NCBI RefSeq assembly: GCF_034933565.1
Contig: NZ_JAYFNG010000013.1
Span: 6,863-70,862, forward strand
Length of the DNA stretch: 64,000 bases
From: Raineyella sp.
Lineage (GTDB): Bacteria; Actinomycetota; Actinomycetes; Propionibacteriales; Propionibacteriaceae
Reading direction: 5' to 3'
The notes under the pieces were generated by a model that was given only the letters and a program-made list of their open reading frames with translations, was not told the DNA's origin and did not search any database. The translations under genes were made by a program, and so were the position numbers. Positions 6,878 to 20,225 of this stretch are shown in pieces. Each line of letters starts with the position of its first letter. The first letter of the stretch is position 1.

Positions 6878-9694
6878 GGGCCGGGTCGCCAGGTCGAGCA
6901 GCTCCAGGATGTGGTGGTAGGTCTGCCCGGTGGCCCGGGTCATTCCCACTTCGCAGGTCCGGTTGGCCGAGGCGTACGCCGTCCGTCCGGTGTCCCGGCC
7001 GGTCCGGGCCGCCACCTCGGTGGCCTCGCCCTTCGTCGCCGAGGCGGTCAGTTCCGGGTGCAGCATGCCGCGGTCGCCGGCGAAGGCACAACAGCCCGTC
7101 GCCACCGGGACGATGACCGACGAGGCGATCTTCTCGGCGATCGCCCGTGCCGCGGCATTGAGGCCGAGGTGGGTCATCGAGCAGGTGTTGTGCAGCACCA
7201 CCGTGTCGTACGGGTGGGTGACGACCAGGTCGTCGAGGAGCCGGTCGGCGACGAACTCGACCGCGTCGATGATGGTCAGCTCCCCGTACCTCGGGTCGGG
7301 GTCCGTGTGCTGGAACTTCAGCACACCCTCGGTGCAGGAGGCGCCGTCGACGACGACGGGCAGCCGGCCGTGGCCGGTGGCCTCCCACAGGATCGGCAGC
7401 GCCTTCTCCCGCATCGTGGCGTGGCCACGGGTGAAGCCCTTCGAGGACCAGGGCGTGCCGCAGCACAGCCCGTTGATCCCCTCCGGGATGTCGACCGTCG
7501 TGCCGGTCCGGGCCAGCAGGGCGTCGAGGGCCGGGCCGACGCCGGGCCCGCCCTCGGCGGCGCCGAACAGGTTGTGGATGCACGCGGGGAACCAGACCGC
7601 CACCGGTCCGGCGGGGTGCCGCGGTGCCCGGCGGCTGCCACCGCGCGGCAGGTCGGAGGTCCAGCGCTGCAGGTTGTCGTGGCCGAGCACCGCACGGCCG
7701 ATGTCGGTCGCCGCGGTGGCGAGTGGTGGGACGGCGGCGGCGACGTTCATCGCCACCCCGCCGGCCGCGGTGAGCCCGCCCCAGTTGCGGGCCAGGGCGT
7801 CCCAGACGGCCTGTGAGGCGTTGCCGTGGCCCTCGGCGCGCAGCCGGCGCACCAGGTCGCCGGTGTTGATGTCGAGCGGGCAGTTCACCGAGCACAGGCC
7901 GTCGACCGCGCAGGTCTCGATGCCCTGGTAGCGGTAGGCCTTCGTCAGCTCGTCGGCGAGTGCGGTGTTGCCGGCCTGCTGGGCGGCGGTGATCTCGCGG
8001 CGCAGGGCGATCCGTTTGCGCGGGGTGAGGGTGAGGTCACGGCTGGGGCAGATCGGCTCGCAGTAGCCGCACTCGACGCAGCGATCGACCTCCTCCTCGA
8101 CCGTCGGGGACTGCTTGAGGTCCTGGACGTACGAGCGGGGGGTCTCCGAGAGCACGACGCCCGGGTTGAGCAGTGCGTCGGGGTCGCACAGCTGCTTGAC
8201 CGCGACCATCACCTCGTACAGCTCCTGGCCGTACTGGCGGGCGACGAACGGCGCCATGATCCGGCCGGTGCCGTGCTCGGCCTTCAGCGAGCCGTGGTGG
8301 CCGAGGACGACATCGACCATGTCGTCGGTGAACGCCTCGTAGCGGGCCGTCTGCGACCCGCCGGCGAACTGCTCGTTGAGCATGAAGTGGATGTTGCCGT
8401 CCTTGGCGTGGCCGAAGATCACCGAGTCCTGGTAGCCGTGCCTGACGAACAGCTCGGCGAGCTCGGAACAGGTCCGGCCCAGCGCGCCGACCGGCACCAC
8501 GACGTCCTCGAGCAGAGCGGTCGTGCCACTCGGCCGGTTGCCGGCGACGGCCGCGTACAGACCCTTGCGGACGGTCCACAGCTCGGCGGCCCGGCGGGCG
8601 TCCTCGGCCATCCCGAAGGGCACCGCCAACGGCAGCTGGTCGGTCACCGGCCGGGCGGAGGCGATCCGGTCGGCCAGCTCCTCGGTGGTGTGCCCGTGGA
8701 ACTCGACCAGCAGTGCCGCGTGGTCCTTGACCTGCAGGTCGGTGATCGCCCGGGGGCTGCCGGACAGTGTCCGGGCGACCCGCAGGCTGACCGAGTCCAT
8801 CAGCTCGACCGTCGCGAACCCGGCCGCCACCAGGTCGGGCAGTGCCGCCATCGCCGTGTCGATGGTCCCGAACACCATCAGGCCGGTGGTGATCGCCGGC
8901 AGCACCTCGACGGTGCGCAGGGTCGCCTCCGCGACGAAGCCGAGCGTGCCCTCCGAACCGATCATCAGGTGGGCCAGGATCTCGACCGGGCGGTCGTGGT
9001 CGAGGAACGAGTTCAGCCCGTAGCCCATGGTGTTCTTCATCGAGAACTGCTGGCGGATCGTGTCGACCGAGTCCCGGCGGGACCGGACCCGGTCGCGCAG
9101 GCCGTCCAGCCCGGCGTAGAGGGTGGGCTCGAGCCGGCGCAGCTTCTCGTCGGCGTCCGGGACGCCGGTGTCGATCACCGTGCCCGAGGGCAGCACCAGC
9201 ACCATGGACTCGAGCGTCCGGTAGGTGTTGAACTCGGTGCCGCAGGCCATCCCGGAGGAGTTGTTGGCGACCACGCCACCGATCGTGCAGGCGACCTCGG
9301 AAGCCGGGTCGGGACCGATCTTGCGACCGTACGGGCGCAGCGCCAGGTTCACCGCGCGGACGGTCGCGCCCGGCTGCACCCGGACCCGGACCCCGTCGTC
9401 GAGGACCTCGATGCCGCGGAAGTTCGCCCGGGTGTCGGCGAGGATGCCGCGGCCCTGGGCCTGTCCGGACAGGCTGGTGCCGCCGGAGCGGAAGGTCAGT
9501 GGCAGGCCGCTGCTGCGGGCCGCACGGAACAGCGTGCCGATGTCGTCGGCGGACCGGGGGGTGGCCACGATCTGCGGGACGACGAGGTAGTGGGAGGCGT
9601 CATGGGCCAGGGAACGCCGGTCGAACTCACTCGCGGAGTACATCCCGGCCGAACCGAGGAGGGTGGTGTGGTCGTGCGCCGTCGACGTGGCCAT
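6875..9694 (-). CDS. FAD-binding and (Fe-S)-binding oxidoreductase (YdiJ/Dld-like D-2-hydroxyacid or D-lactate dehydrogenase)
   Basis: The 939-aa product has an FAD-linked oxidase N-terminus (RSGGTSLSGQ), a CxxCGxCxxxCP ferredoxin-type motif and C-terminal CCG-type Cys-rich domains. I preferred the ATG at 9694 (AGGAG RBS) over 9715. Confidence 0.9.
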   Translation of the reverse strand: MATSTAHDHTTLLGSAGMYSASEFDRRSLAHDASHYLVVPQIVATPRSADDIGTLFRAARSSGLPLTFRSGGTSLSGQAQGRGILADTRANFRGIEVLDDGVRVRVQPGATVRAVNLALRPYGRKIGPDPASEVACTIGGVVANNSSGMACGTEFNTYRTLESMVLVLPSGTVIDTGVPDADEKLRRLEPTLYAGLDGLRDRVRSRRDSVDTIRQQFSMKNTMGYGLNSFLDHDRPVEILAHLMIGSEGTLGFVAEATLRTVEVLPAITTGLMVFGTIDTAMAALPDLVAAGFATVELMDSVSLRVARTLSGSPRAITDLQVKDHAALLVEFHGHTTEELADRIASARPVTDQLPLAVPFGMAEDARRAAELWTVRKGLYAAVAGNRPSGTTALLEDVVVPVGALGRTCSELAELFVRHGYQDSVIFGHAKDGNIHFMLNEQFAGGSQTARYEAFTDDMVDVVLGHHGSLKAEHGTGRIMAPFVARQYGQELYEVMVAVKQLCDPDALLNPGVVLSETPRSYVQDLKQSPTVEEEVDRCVECGYCEPICPSRDLTLTPRKRIALRREITAAQQAGNTALADELTKAYRYQGIETCAVDGLCSVNCPLDINTGDLVRRLRAEGHGNASQAVWDALARNWGGLTAAGGVAMNVAAAVPPLATAATDIGRAVLGHDNLQRWTSDLPRGGSRRAPRHPAGPVAVWFPACIHNLFGAAEGGPGVGPALDALLARTGTTVDIPEGINGLCCGTPWSSKGFTRGHATMREKALPILWEATGHGRLPVVVDGASCTEGVLKFQHTDPDPRYGELTIIDAVEFVADRLLDDLVVTHPYDTVVLHNTCSMTHLGLNAAARAIAEKIASSVIVPVATGCCAFAGDRGMLHPELTASATKGEATEVAARTGRDTGRTAYASANRTCEVGMTRATGQTYHHILELLDLATRP

Positions 9695-9741
9695 GGGGAG
9701 ACTCCTGATCGTCATTGACTGTCGGAACGACAGTACCTCTA

Positions 9742-9770
9742 TGGTCTGACCAAATTGAATGGTCTGACCA
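9742..9770. promoter_or_regulatory. two FadR/GntR-type operators, TGGTCTGACCA
   Basis: TGGTCTGACCA occurs at 9742-9752 and 9760-9770, 48-76 nt upstream of the dehydrogenase start. The same 11-mer recurs at 24796-24806, and in a variant form at 24826-24836, next to the lldR-like gene. Confidence 0.7.
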
Positions 9771-9794
9771 TTTGGGGGAGGTGGCCTTGTTTTT

Positions 9795-9832
9795 CACGTG
9801 ACGTCACGTCTCATCCACGTGACGCCCACGTC
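9795..9832. promoter_or_regulatory. CACGTGAC palindrome/repeat cluster
   Basis: ACGTGACGTCACGT is a perfect 14-bp palindrome at 9796-9809. It is followed by CCACGTGACG (9815-9824) and CCACGTC (9826-9832), all upstream of the DUF5709 gene. Confidence 0.45.
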
Positions 9833-9912
9833 CCATCCATGTGGCGCGACACCTCCCCGGTCTCCTACCCGGACGACGCACGATCCGGGTCCGGACGAGG
9901 CACACTGTGGGT

Positions 9913-10347
9913 ATGACCACCTACAACGACGAAGCCAACACGGACCCGTCGGAGGTCGTCGACCAGCTCGACCCGGAGCAGAGTCTCGTCGAGCGTGGGG
10001 TCGAGGATCCTCTCGATGAGGGGATCATCGCCCCCGACGACTGGTCGGGCGCCATGACCGAGGTTCTGGAGGGTCCCGTCGGGCTGCAACAGCGGATCAA
10101 GCGCGAGGACCCGGGGCGCGAGCGCTTCGAGGAGCCGGACTGGAACGGCACCGGTGACGACGAACGGGACTACCGGCGCGCCGGTCGACTGGTCGACGAC
10201 AACGCCGGCTACGACGGCGAGGACCGGGAGGCGGGGCTGATCGGCCACGACGTGGGCATCTCCGGCGGCGCCGCGAGCGCCGAGGAGGCCGCCGTCCAGA
10301 TCCTCGACGAGGACCAGGTCGAGGAAGCGGAACGCCGCGACGACTGA
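9913..10347 (+). CDS. acidic DUF5709-like protein
   Basis: The product reads MTTYNDEANTDPSEVVDQLDPEQSLVERGVEDPLDEGIIAPDDW...SAEEAAVQILDE. It is very acidic, and the pattern resembles actinobacterial DUF5709 proteins. Confidence 0.65.
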   Translation: MTTYNDEANTDPSEVVDQLDPEQSLVERGVEDPLDEGIIAPDDWSGAMTEVLEGPVGLQQRIKREDPGRERFEEPDWNGTGDDERDYRRAGRLVDDNAGYDGEDREAGLIGHDVGISGGAASAEEAAVQILDEDQVEEAERRDD

Positions 10348-10428
10348 GAGTCCGACTACGATGGAGCCATCCGGTCCTCCCGCCCCGGGAGGCCCTGTCC
10401 CGCGACATTCGGAGGCATCCTGTCCAGC

Positions 10429-11454
10429 GTGCGCACCGTCGACGTGATCGATGACGACAAGGGCCGAGGGGTCCGTACGCTCATCGTGCCCGCCTCGATC
10501 GACATGGTGTCGGTCCTCGGCCCGCGCGACGAGTTCCTGCGGATCCTCGAACGGGTCCTCGACGCCGACATCCACGTCCGGGGCAACGAGATCCATCTGT
10601 CCGGCGACGAGGCCGCCCTGCGGGCGGGCACCGAGGCGCTGACCGAGATGGTCACCATCATCCGCACCGGCCAGGGCCTGACCGGTGACGCCGTCGAGCG
10701 GCTGGTCGGGATGCTGGCGGGGGAGGCCGAGGTGCGCCCCGCCGACGTGCTCACCCACTCGATCCTGTCCAACCGCGGCCGGACCATCCGACCGAAGACG
10801 CTCAACCAGAAGCACTACGTCGACGCCATCGACCGGCACACGGTCGTCTTCGGCATCGGTCCGGCGGGCACCGGCAAGACGTACCTCGCTGTGGCGAAGG
10901 CGGTCCAGGCGCTGCAGCGCAAGGAGGTCAACCGGCTGATCCTCACCCGCCCCGCGGTGGAGGCCGGCGAACACCTCGGCTACCTGCCCGGCACACTGAG
11001 CGACAAGATCGACCCGTACGTCCGGCCGCTGTACGACGCGCTGCACGACATGGTCGACCCGGACTCCATCCCGCGGCTGCTCACCGCCGGCACCATCGAG
11101 GTGGCCCCGCTGGCGTACATGCGCGGCCGTACGCTCAACGATGCGTTCATCATCCTCGACGAGGCGCAGAACACCACCGCCGAGCAGATGAAGATGTTCC
11201 TCACCCGTCTCGGCTTCGGGTCGAAGATGGTCGTCACCGGTGATGTCACCCAGGTCGACCTGCCGGGCGGCCAGCGCTCCGGCCTGCGCGTCGTCCCGGA
11301 GATCCTGGGTGACGTCGAGGACATCGCGTTCTGCCAGCTGACCAGCAAGGATGTCGTCCGGCACCGGCTGGTGGGGCGGATCGTCGCCGCGTACGACCGG
11401 TTCGAGTCGGCCCGCGGTCAGGACAACCAGGAGAAGGGGACCAAGCGCCGGTGA
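10429..11454 (+). CDS. phoH: PhoH-family ATPase
   Basis: It has a Walker A motif (GIGPAGTGKTYLAVA) and the segment ILTRPAVEAGEHLGYLPGTL...IILDEAQNTT. It occupies the conserved position before ybeY. Confidence 0.93.
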   Translation: MRTVDVIDDDKGRGVRTLIVPASIDMVSVLGPRDEFLRILERVLDADIHVRGNEIHLSGDEAALRAGTEALTEMVTIIRTGQGLTGDAVERLVGMLAGEAEVRPADVLTHSILSNRGRTIRPKTLNQKHYVDAIDRHTVVFGIGPAGTGKTYLAVAKAVQALQRKEVNRLILTRPAVEAGEHLGYLPGTLSDKIDPYVRPLYDALHDMVDPDSIPRLLTAGTIEVAPLAYMRGRTLNDAFIILDEAQNTTAEQMKMFLTRLGFGSKMVVTGDVTQVDLPGGQRSGLRVVPEILGDVEDIAFCQLTSKDVVRHRLVGRIVAAYDRFESARGQDNQEKGTKRR

Positions 11455-11924
11455 GCGTCGAACTGAACAACGAGTCGGGGGACGAGGCCGACGAGAAGGG
11501 CCTGACCGCGCTGGCCACCTGGGTGCTCGGCGAGCTGCGGATCCACCCGCAGGCCGAGTTGTCGATCGTGCTGGTCGACGAGGAGACGATGGCGGCCTAC
11601 CACGTCAAGTACATGGATCTGCCCGGCCCGACCGACGTGTTGTCCTTCCCGATGGACGAGCTGCGGATCCCGGAGCCGGACGAGCCGGAGCCGGCCGGCC
11701 TGCTCGGTGACATCGTGCTCTGCCCGGCGGTGACCGCACGGCAGGCCGCCGAGAACGCCCGTACCCCGGACCAGGAGGCGGAGTACCTGCTGGTGCACGG
11801 CATCCTGCACCTGCTCGGCTACGACCATGCCACCCCTGAGGAGCACGCCGAGATGTTCGGCCTGCACGATCGCCTGATGGCGGCGTACGAGGCCCATCGG
11901 GCGAGCGCGGGCGGGAAGGCATGA
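11451..11924 (+). CDS. ybeY: rRNA maturation RNase YbeY
   Basis: It carries the HGILHLLGYDH zinc motif, and its GTGA start overlaps the phoH stop. Confidence 0.95.
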   Translation: MSVELNNESGDEADEKGLTALATWVLGELRIHPQAELSIVLVDEETMAAYHVKYMDLPGPTDVLSFPMDELRIPEPDEPEPAGLLGDIVLCPAVTARQAAENARTPDQEAEYLLVHGILHLLGYDHATPEEHAEMFGLHDRLMAAYEAHRASAGGKA

Positions 11925-13254
11925 GCGAGCCGGACATCGTCCAGCTGGTCATTGCTTTCGTCCTCGCCGTCGCCGCCGGGTTCCTCGCGGCCATCGAGTC
12001 GGCGCTGCACTCGTTCTCCCACGCCCGGGCGCAGAACCTGGTGGAGGAGGGGGCGCCCGGCGCCCGGCGCCTGGAGCTGATCACCGAGGACCCCGCCCCC
12101 ACGCTGAACGCGGTGCTGTTCATCCGGACCATCCTCGAGGTCACCGCCATCGTCCTGGTCACCCGGGTCGTGATGGGCCTGGACCTGCGCGACTGGGCGG
12201 AGCTGTTGCTCGCCATCGGGTCGATGGTGATCGTCTCGTTCATCGCCTGGGGGGTCGCGCCGCGGACGCTGGGTCGCCAGCGCGCCGATGGGATCGCCAC
12301 CCGCACCTCGGGCCTGGTGACGGGCCTGACCACCGTGCTGGGGCCGATCCCGCAGCTGCTGATCGCGCTCGGCAACATCCTCACCCCCGGCCGGGGCTTC
12401 GACGACGGGCCGTTCTCCTCCGAGGCGGAACTGCGCGAGCTGGTCGACAAGGCGGAGGAGTCGGACGTGATCGAGGCCGGCGAGCGTCGGATGATCCACT
12501 CCGTCTTCGAGCTGGGCGACACCATGGTCAAGGAGGTCATGGTGCCGCGGACCGACATCGTCTCGATCGATGACACCAAGACGCTGCGCCAGGCCACCTC
12601 GCTGGCGCTGCGGTCGGGCTTCAGCCGGATCCCGGTGGTCGGGGAGGGCGGTCTGGACAATGTCGTCGGCATCGTGTTCCTCAAGGACCTGATGAAGCGG
12701 ACGTACGACAACCCGCAGGCGCAGACCACCGAGAAGGTCTCCTCGCTGATGCGCCCGCCCGTCTGGTGCCCCGACTCCAAGCCGGTCGACGACCTGCTGC
12801 GGGACATGCAGGCCACCCACTCGCATCTGGTGATGGTGGTCGACGAATTCGGCGGCACCGCCGGCCTGGCGACGATCGAGGACATCCTCGAGGAGATCGT
12901 CGGGGAGATCGTCGACGAGTACGACGCGGGCGAGGTGGCCCCGATCACCCAGCTCGGCGGGGGTCGATACCGGGTCTCGGCGCGTCTCGCGGTCGACGAG
13001 CTGGGGGAGCTGTTCGGGCGCAGGCTCGACGATGAGGACGTCGACACGGTCGGCGGCCTGATGGCCAAGCTGCTCAACATGGTGCCCATCGCCGGCTCGG
13101 TGGTGCGCTGGGAGGGCCTCGAACTGGTGGCCGAGCGGGCCCAGGGCCGGCGCAACCAGATCGGCACCGTCCTGGTCACCCGGACCGGGGACGAGGAGAC
13201 CGGCGACGAACGCGGCCACTCGGCGCCACGGACGGCCGACGACACGGAGGAGAA

Positions 13255-13258
<4 letters not shown>
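11921..13258 (+). CDS. hemolysin-family protein (DUF21 + CBS pair + CorC_HlyC)
   Basis: It has an N-terminal TM region, CBS domains (VMVPRTDIVSID...) and a CorC C-terminus. It sits in the conserved ybeY-corC-era context. Confidence 0.9.
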
Positions 13259-15766
<2,508 letters not shown>

Positions 15767-15806
15767 GAAGCGGCCCGCGGGGGTGAACCCGTGGGCCGTT
15801 CGCCGT

Positions 15807-15828
15807 TCCGCTGCCCCCCAACAGCGGA
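15807..15828. terminator. short hairpin between convergent argG and DUF4352 genes
   Basis: TCCGCTG-ccccccaa-CAGCGGA forms a 7-bp stem. There is no U tract, so it is weak. Confidence 0.35.
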
Positions 15829-15838
15829 GGCGTGGTGG

Positions 15839-16549
15839 TCAGGACAGTGAGATCTTCTTCTCCGACCCGAAGAGACCGCCGCGTACGCCGAGCTGGGTGG
15901 GCTGGACATCCTTGGGGATGTCGAAGACGAGCACGCCCTTGGCGGTGTTGCCCGGATTGACCTGCTGCAGGAACGTCGTGTTCTGCTTGTTCGCGTAGAT
16001 CTCGGCAGTGGTGTCGGTGCTGTACTGGGCGGCGTTCTTGTCGTAGAGCTTCACCAGGCTGGAGTCGAACGTCGTGGCCGACTTCCCGGTGTTCTTGACG
16101 CTCACGGTCACCAGGACGTACTGGCCCTGGGGCTGCTGGTTGACGTACTGGTCACCGACCGTGCTGACACCGGTCTGGACCTTGGTCACGGTGTACTGCA
16201 GGTCTCCGGCGTCGACCGCCTCGTTCATGCCGGCGGCCTTCTCGGCCTGGGGAGCGGCCTGGGGGCTGGTGGTGGCCCGGGTCTGGGTGGCGGCCTCGGT
16301 CTGCTGGGTCGCAGTGGTGGCCTGTGAGCCCGCCTCGGTGCCCGACCCGGCGGTGCGATTGGCGCCCTTGCTGCCGTTGACACCGATGATGATGACCACG
16401 ACGGCCACCAGGATCCAGAACCACGGGCGCTTGTACCACGCCTTCCTGGGCTTGATCGGCTGCTGCGGCGGGTAGGGCTGGCCGGGGACCTGCTGGAACC
16501 GGGGGCCGGGCTGTTGGGGCCCGGGCTGGGGGTAGGGCGCCTGGGACAT
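15839..16549 (-). CDS. DUF4352 domain membrane-anchored protein
   Basis: It has a P/Q-rich N-terminus, one TM segment (WFWILVAVVVIIIGV) and a C-terminal beta-rich domain (QYVLVTVSVKNTGKSATTFDSS...GVLVFDIPKD). I preferred the ATG at 16549, which has an AGGAGA RBS. Confidence 0.75.
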   Translation of the reverse strand: MSQAPYPQPGPQQPGPRFQQVPGQPYPPQQPIKPRKAWYKRPWFWILVAVVVIIIGVNGSKGANRTAGSGTEAGSQATTATQQTEAATQTRATTSPQAAPQAEKAAGMNEAVDAGDLQYTVTKVQTGVSTVGDQYVNQQPQGQYVLVTVSVKNTGKSATTFDSSLVKLYDKNAAQYSTDTTAEIYANKQNTTFLQQVNPGNTAKGVLVFDIPKDVQPTQLGVRGGLFGSEKKISLS

Positions 16550-16705
16550 CTGCGTCTCCTGTCTGGTGCGGCTGACAGGTTCCATGGAACCGGCAGGGGC
16601 ACCTGCGCCACATCGGCCGACCGGCTCGCCATGGTCATCATTTCGGGTGGCCGGCGGCCGTCGGGGTCACCCGAACGGCTGATGTACACGCCAGGAATCG
16701 AACAT

Positions 16706-17359
16706 ATGATCAACCCCATGCTGGAACGACCTGGAGTGAGCGCTGCATCGGTGCTCGCCCGCCGAGTGACCGGGGCGACCGCACGCCGACTGGCCCGGAT
16801 GATCCGGGGAGAGGTACTCCCGGGCAGCGACCACCGCTCGCTGGAGGACCTCCGCGACCCGGTCGTCGCGCTCCGCGGGCCGGCCTCGGTGCGGTCGTCG
16901 GCTGCGGCGGACGGCCCCGAGGTCCTGCCTGCGATCGGACTGCTGGCCCTGCCCGAGCTGGTCGGGTCCGCGCGGGCCTACGGTGTCCGTCTCGAGGCCA
17001 CGATCCTGGTCCAGGATGCCGACCGGGCGAGTGACCTGCTCGACCGGGCCACCTACCGGATCCTCCAGGAGGCCCTCACCAACACGGTCAAGCACGCACC
17101 CGGGCAGCCGGTGCGGGTCGACGTGACCGCCGCACCGGCCGCCGGGGTCCATCTGGTGGTGGACAATCCGCTCGGCCACGGGGGTGCGTCGAGTGGGCCG
17201 GCCGGGCCGGGATCGATGCTGTCGGGGCCGGGGAGTGGGCTGATCGGCATGCAGGAGCGAGCCGCCCTGCTGGGCGGGATCCTGACTGCCGGGCCGGATG
17301 AGCGAGGGCACTTCATGGTCGAGGCATCCCTACCCTGGCAAGGGGAGACATCCGGCTGA
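16706..17359 (+). CDS. histidine-kinase-like protein lacking sensor/TM domain and the phospho-acceptor His
   Basis: The HATPase_c domain is present (YRILQEALTNTVKHA...GSGLIGMQERAALLGGIL). The DHp box reads ARMIRGEV where ARELHDxV is expected. The start is uncertain (16631, 16682 or 16706). Confidence 0.6.
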   Translation: MINPMLERPGVSAASVLARRVTGATARRLARMIRGEVLPGSDHRSLEDLRDPVVALRGPASVRSSAAADGPEVLPAIGLLALPELVGSARAYGVRLEATILVQDADRASDLLDRATYRILQEALTNTVKHAPGQPVRVDVTAAPAAGVHLVVDNPLGHGGASSGPAGPGSMLSGPGSGLIGMQERAALLGGILTAGPDERGHFMVEASLPWQGETSG

Positions 17360-17365
17360 CCGGAA

Positions 17366-18106
17366 TTGTCACAGGTGTCTCCTAGGGTCGTTGGCGTGAC
17401 ACAGACAGAAGCAGGGGGCGCCCGGCCGGTCCGGGTGATGCTGGTCGACGATGACGCGATGGCGCGTAACGGAGTCCGGATGATCCTCGGGGCCGATCCG
17501 GGCCTCGTGGTGGTCGCCGAGGTGTCGGACGGCCGTGACGTGATCGGTGCCGTGCACGCCCATCACCCGGATGTCGTCCTGATGGACCTCCACATGCCGG
17601 GGATGAACGGCATCGTCGTCACCGCGCGCCTGCAGCGCGAGGTCAACCCGCCGCGGGTCATCGCGCTGACCTCGGCAGCCCTCGACAGCCACGTGTTCGA
17701 GGCCCTGGAGGCCGGCGCCGCCGGCTTCCTGCTCAAGGACGATCCGCCCGAGCAGATCCGGGCCGGGGTGCGGACGGTGCAGCGGGGCGACTCGGTGCTG
17801 TCACCGCGCGCCACCACGTATGTGATCCGGCGGTTCGTCGATTCCGGGCACCGCGAGGAGACAGAGCGGGCCCTCGGGCTCCTCTCCCTGCTCACCGACC
17901 GGGAGACCGAGGTCGTCCGGCTCGTCCACGAGGGGCTGAGCAACGACCAGATCGCGCGTCGGCTGGGCTGCAGCGCCGCCACCGTCAAGACGCACCTCAG
18001 CCATGCGATGGCCAAGCTCGACGTGCCGAGCCGGGTCCAGGTGGCACTGCTGGTGGAACGGGCGACCCTCGTCGTGGCGCCGATGGCGGTCTCCGGGGTG
18101 GGATGA
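17366..18106 (+). CDS. NarL/LuxR-family response regulator
   Basis: The receiver domain reads VRVMLVDDD...DVVLMDLHMPGMNG and the LuxR HTH reads LTDRETEVVRLVHEGLSNDQIARRLGCSAATVKTHL. The start may instead be GTG at 17396. Confidence 0.9.
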   Translation: MSQVSPRVVGVTQTEAGGARPVRVMLVDDDAMARNGVRMILGADPGLVVVAEVSDGRDVIGAVHAHHPDVVLMDLHMPGMNGIVVTARLQREVNPPRVIALTSAALDSHVFEALEAGAAGFLLKDDPPEQIRAGVRTVQRGDSVLSPRATTYVIRRFVDSGHREETERALGLLSLLTDRETEVVRLVHEGLSNDQIARRLGCSAATVKTHLSHAMAKLDVPSRVQVALLVERATLVVAPMAVSGVG

Positions 18107-18109
18107 CGG

Positions 18110-18137
18110 TTGACAGCTCGGATCCTTCGGCTAAAGT
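18110..18137 (+). promoter_or_regulatory. candidate sigma-70-type promoter for the leuA leader
   Basis: TTGACA (18110-18115), a 16-nt spacer and TAAAGT (18132-18137). This places the predicted TSS at about 18144-18145, right at the leader-peptide GTG. Confidence 0.5.
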
Positions 18138-18144
18138 CACTGAC

Positions 18145-20044
<1,900 letters not shown>

Positions 20045-20100
20045 CGGCACCGCACCCCCGGACCCCGGGCCGTCGCCACACCTGACCCCGCCCGGAACAC

Positions 20101-20135
20101 GAAGCCCTGCCTCCCACGAGGAGAAGCAGGGCTTC
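20101..20135. terminator. bidirectional hairpin terminator between leuA and hmp
   Basis: GAAGCCCTGC-ctcccacgaggagaa-GCAGGGCTTC forms a perfect 10-bp stem. Confidence 0.7.
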
Positions 20136-20225
20136 GTGGCGTTCCGGACCCGGCCGAGCCGGCCGGTCCGGACGAGATGCCCCGGTCCGAGCCGGACGGT
20201 CAGGGCCGGAACGGTCCGGCCGTGA

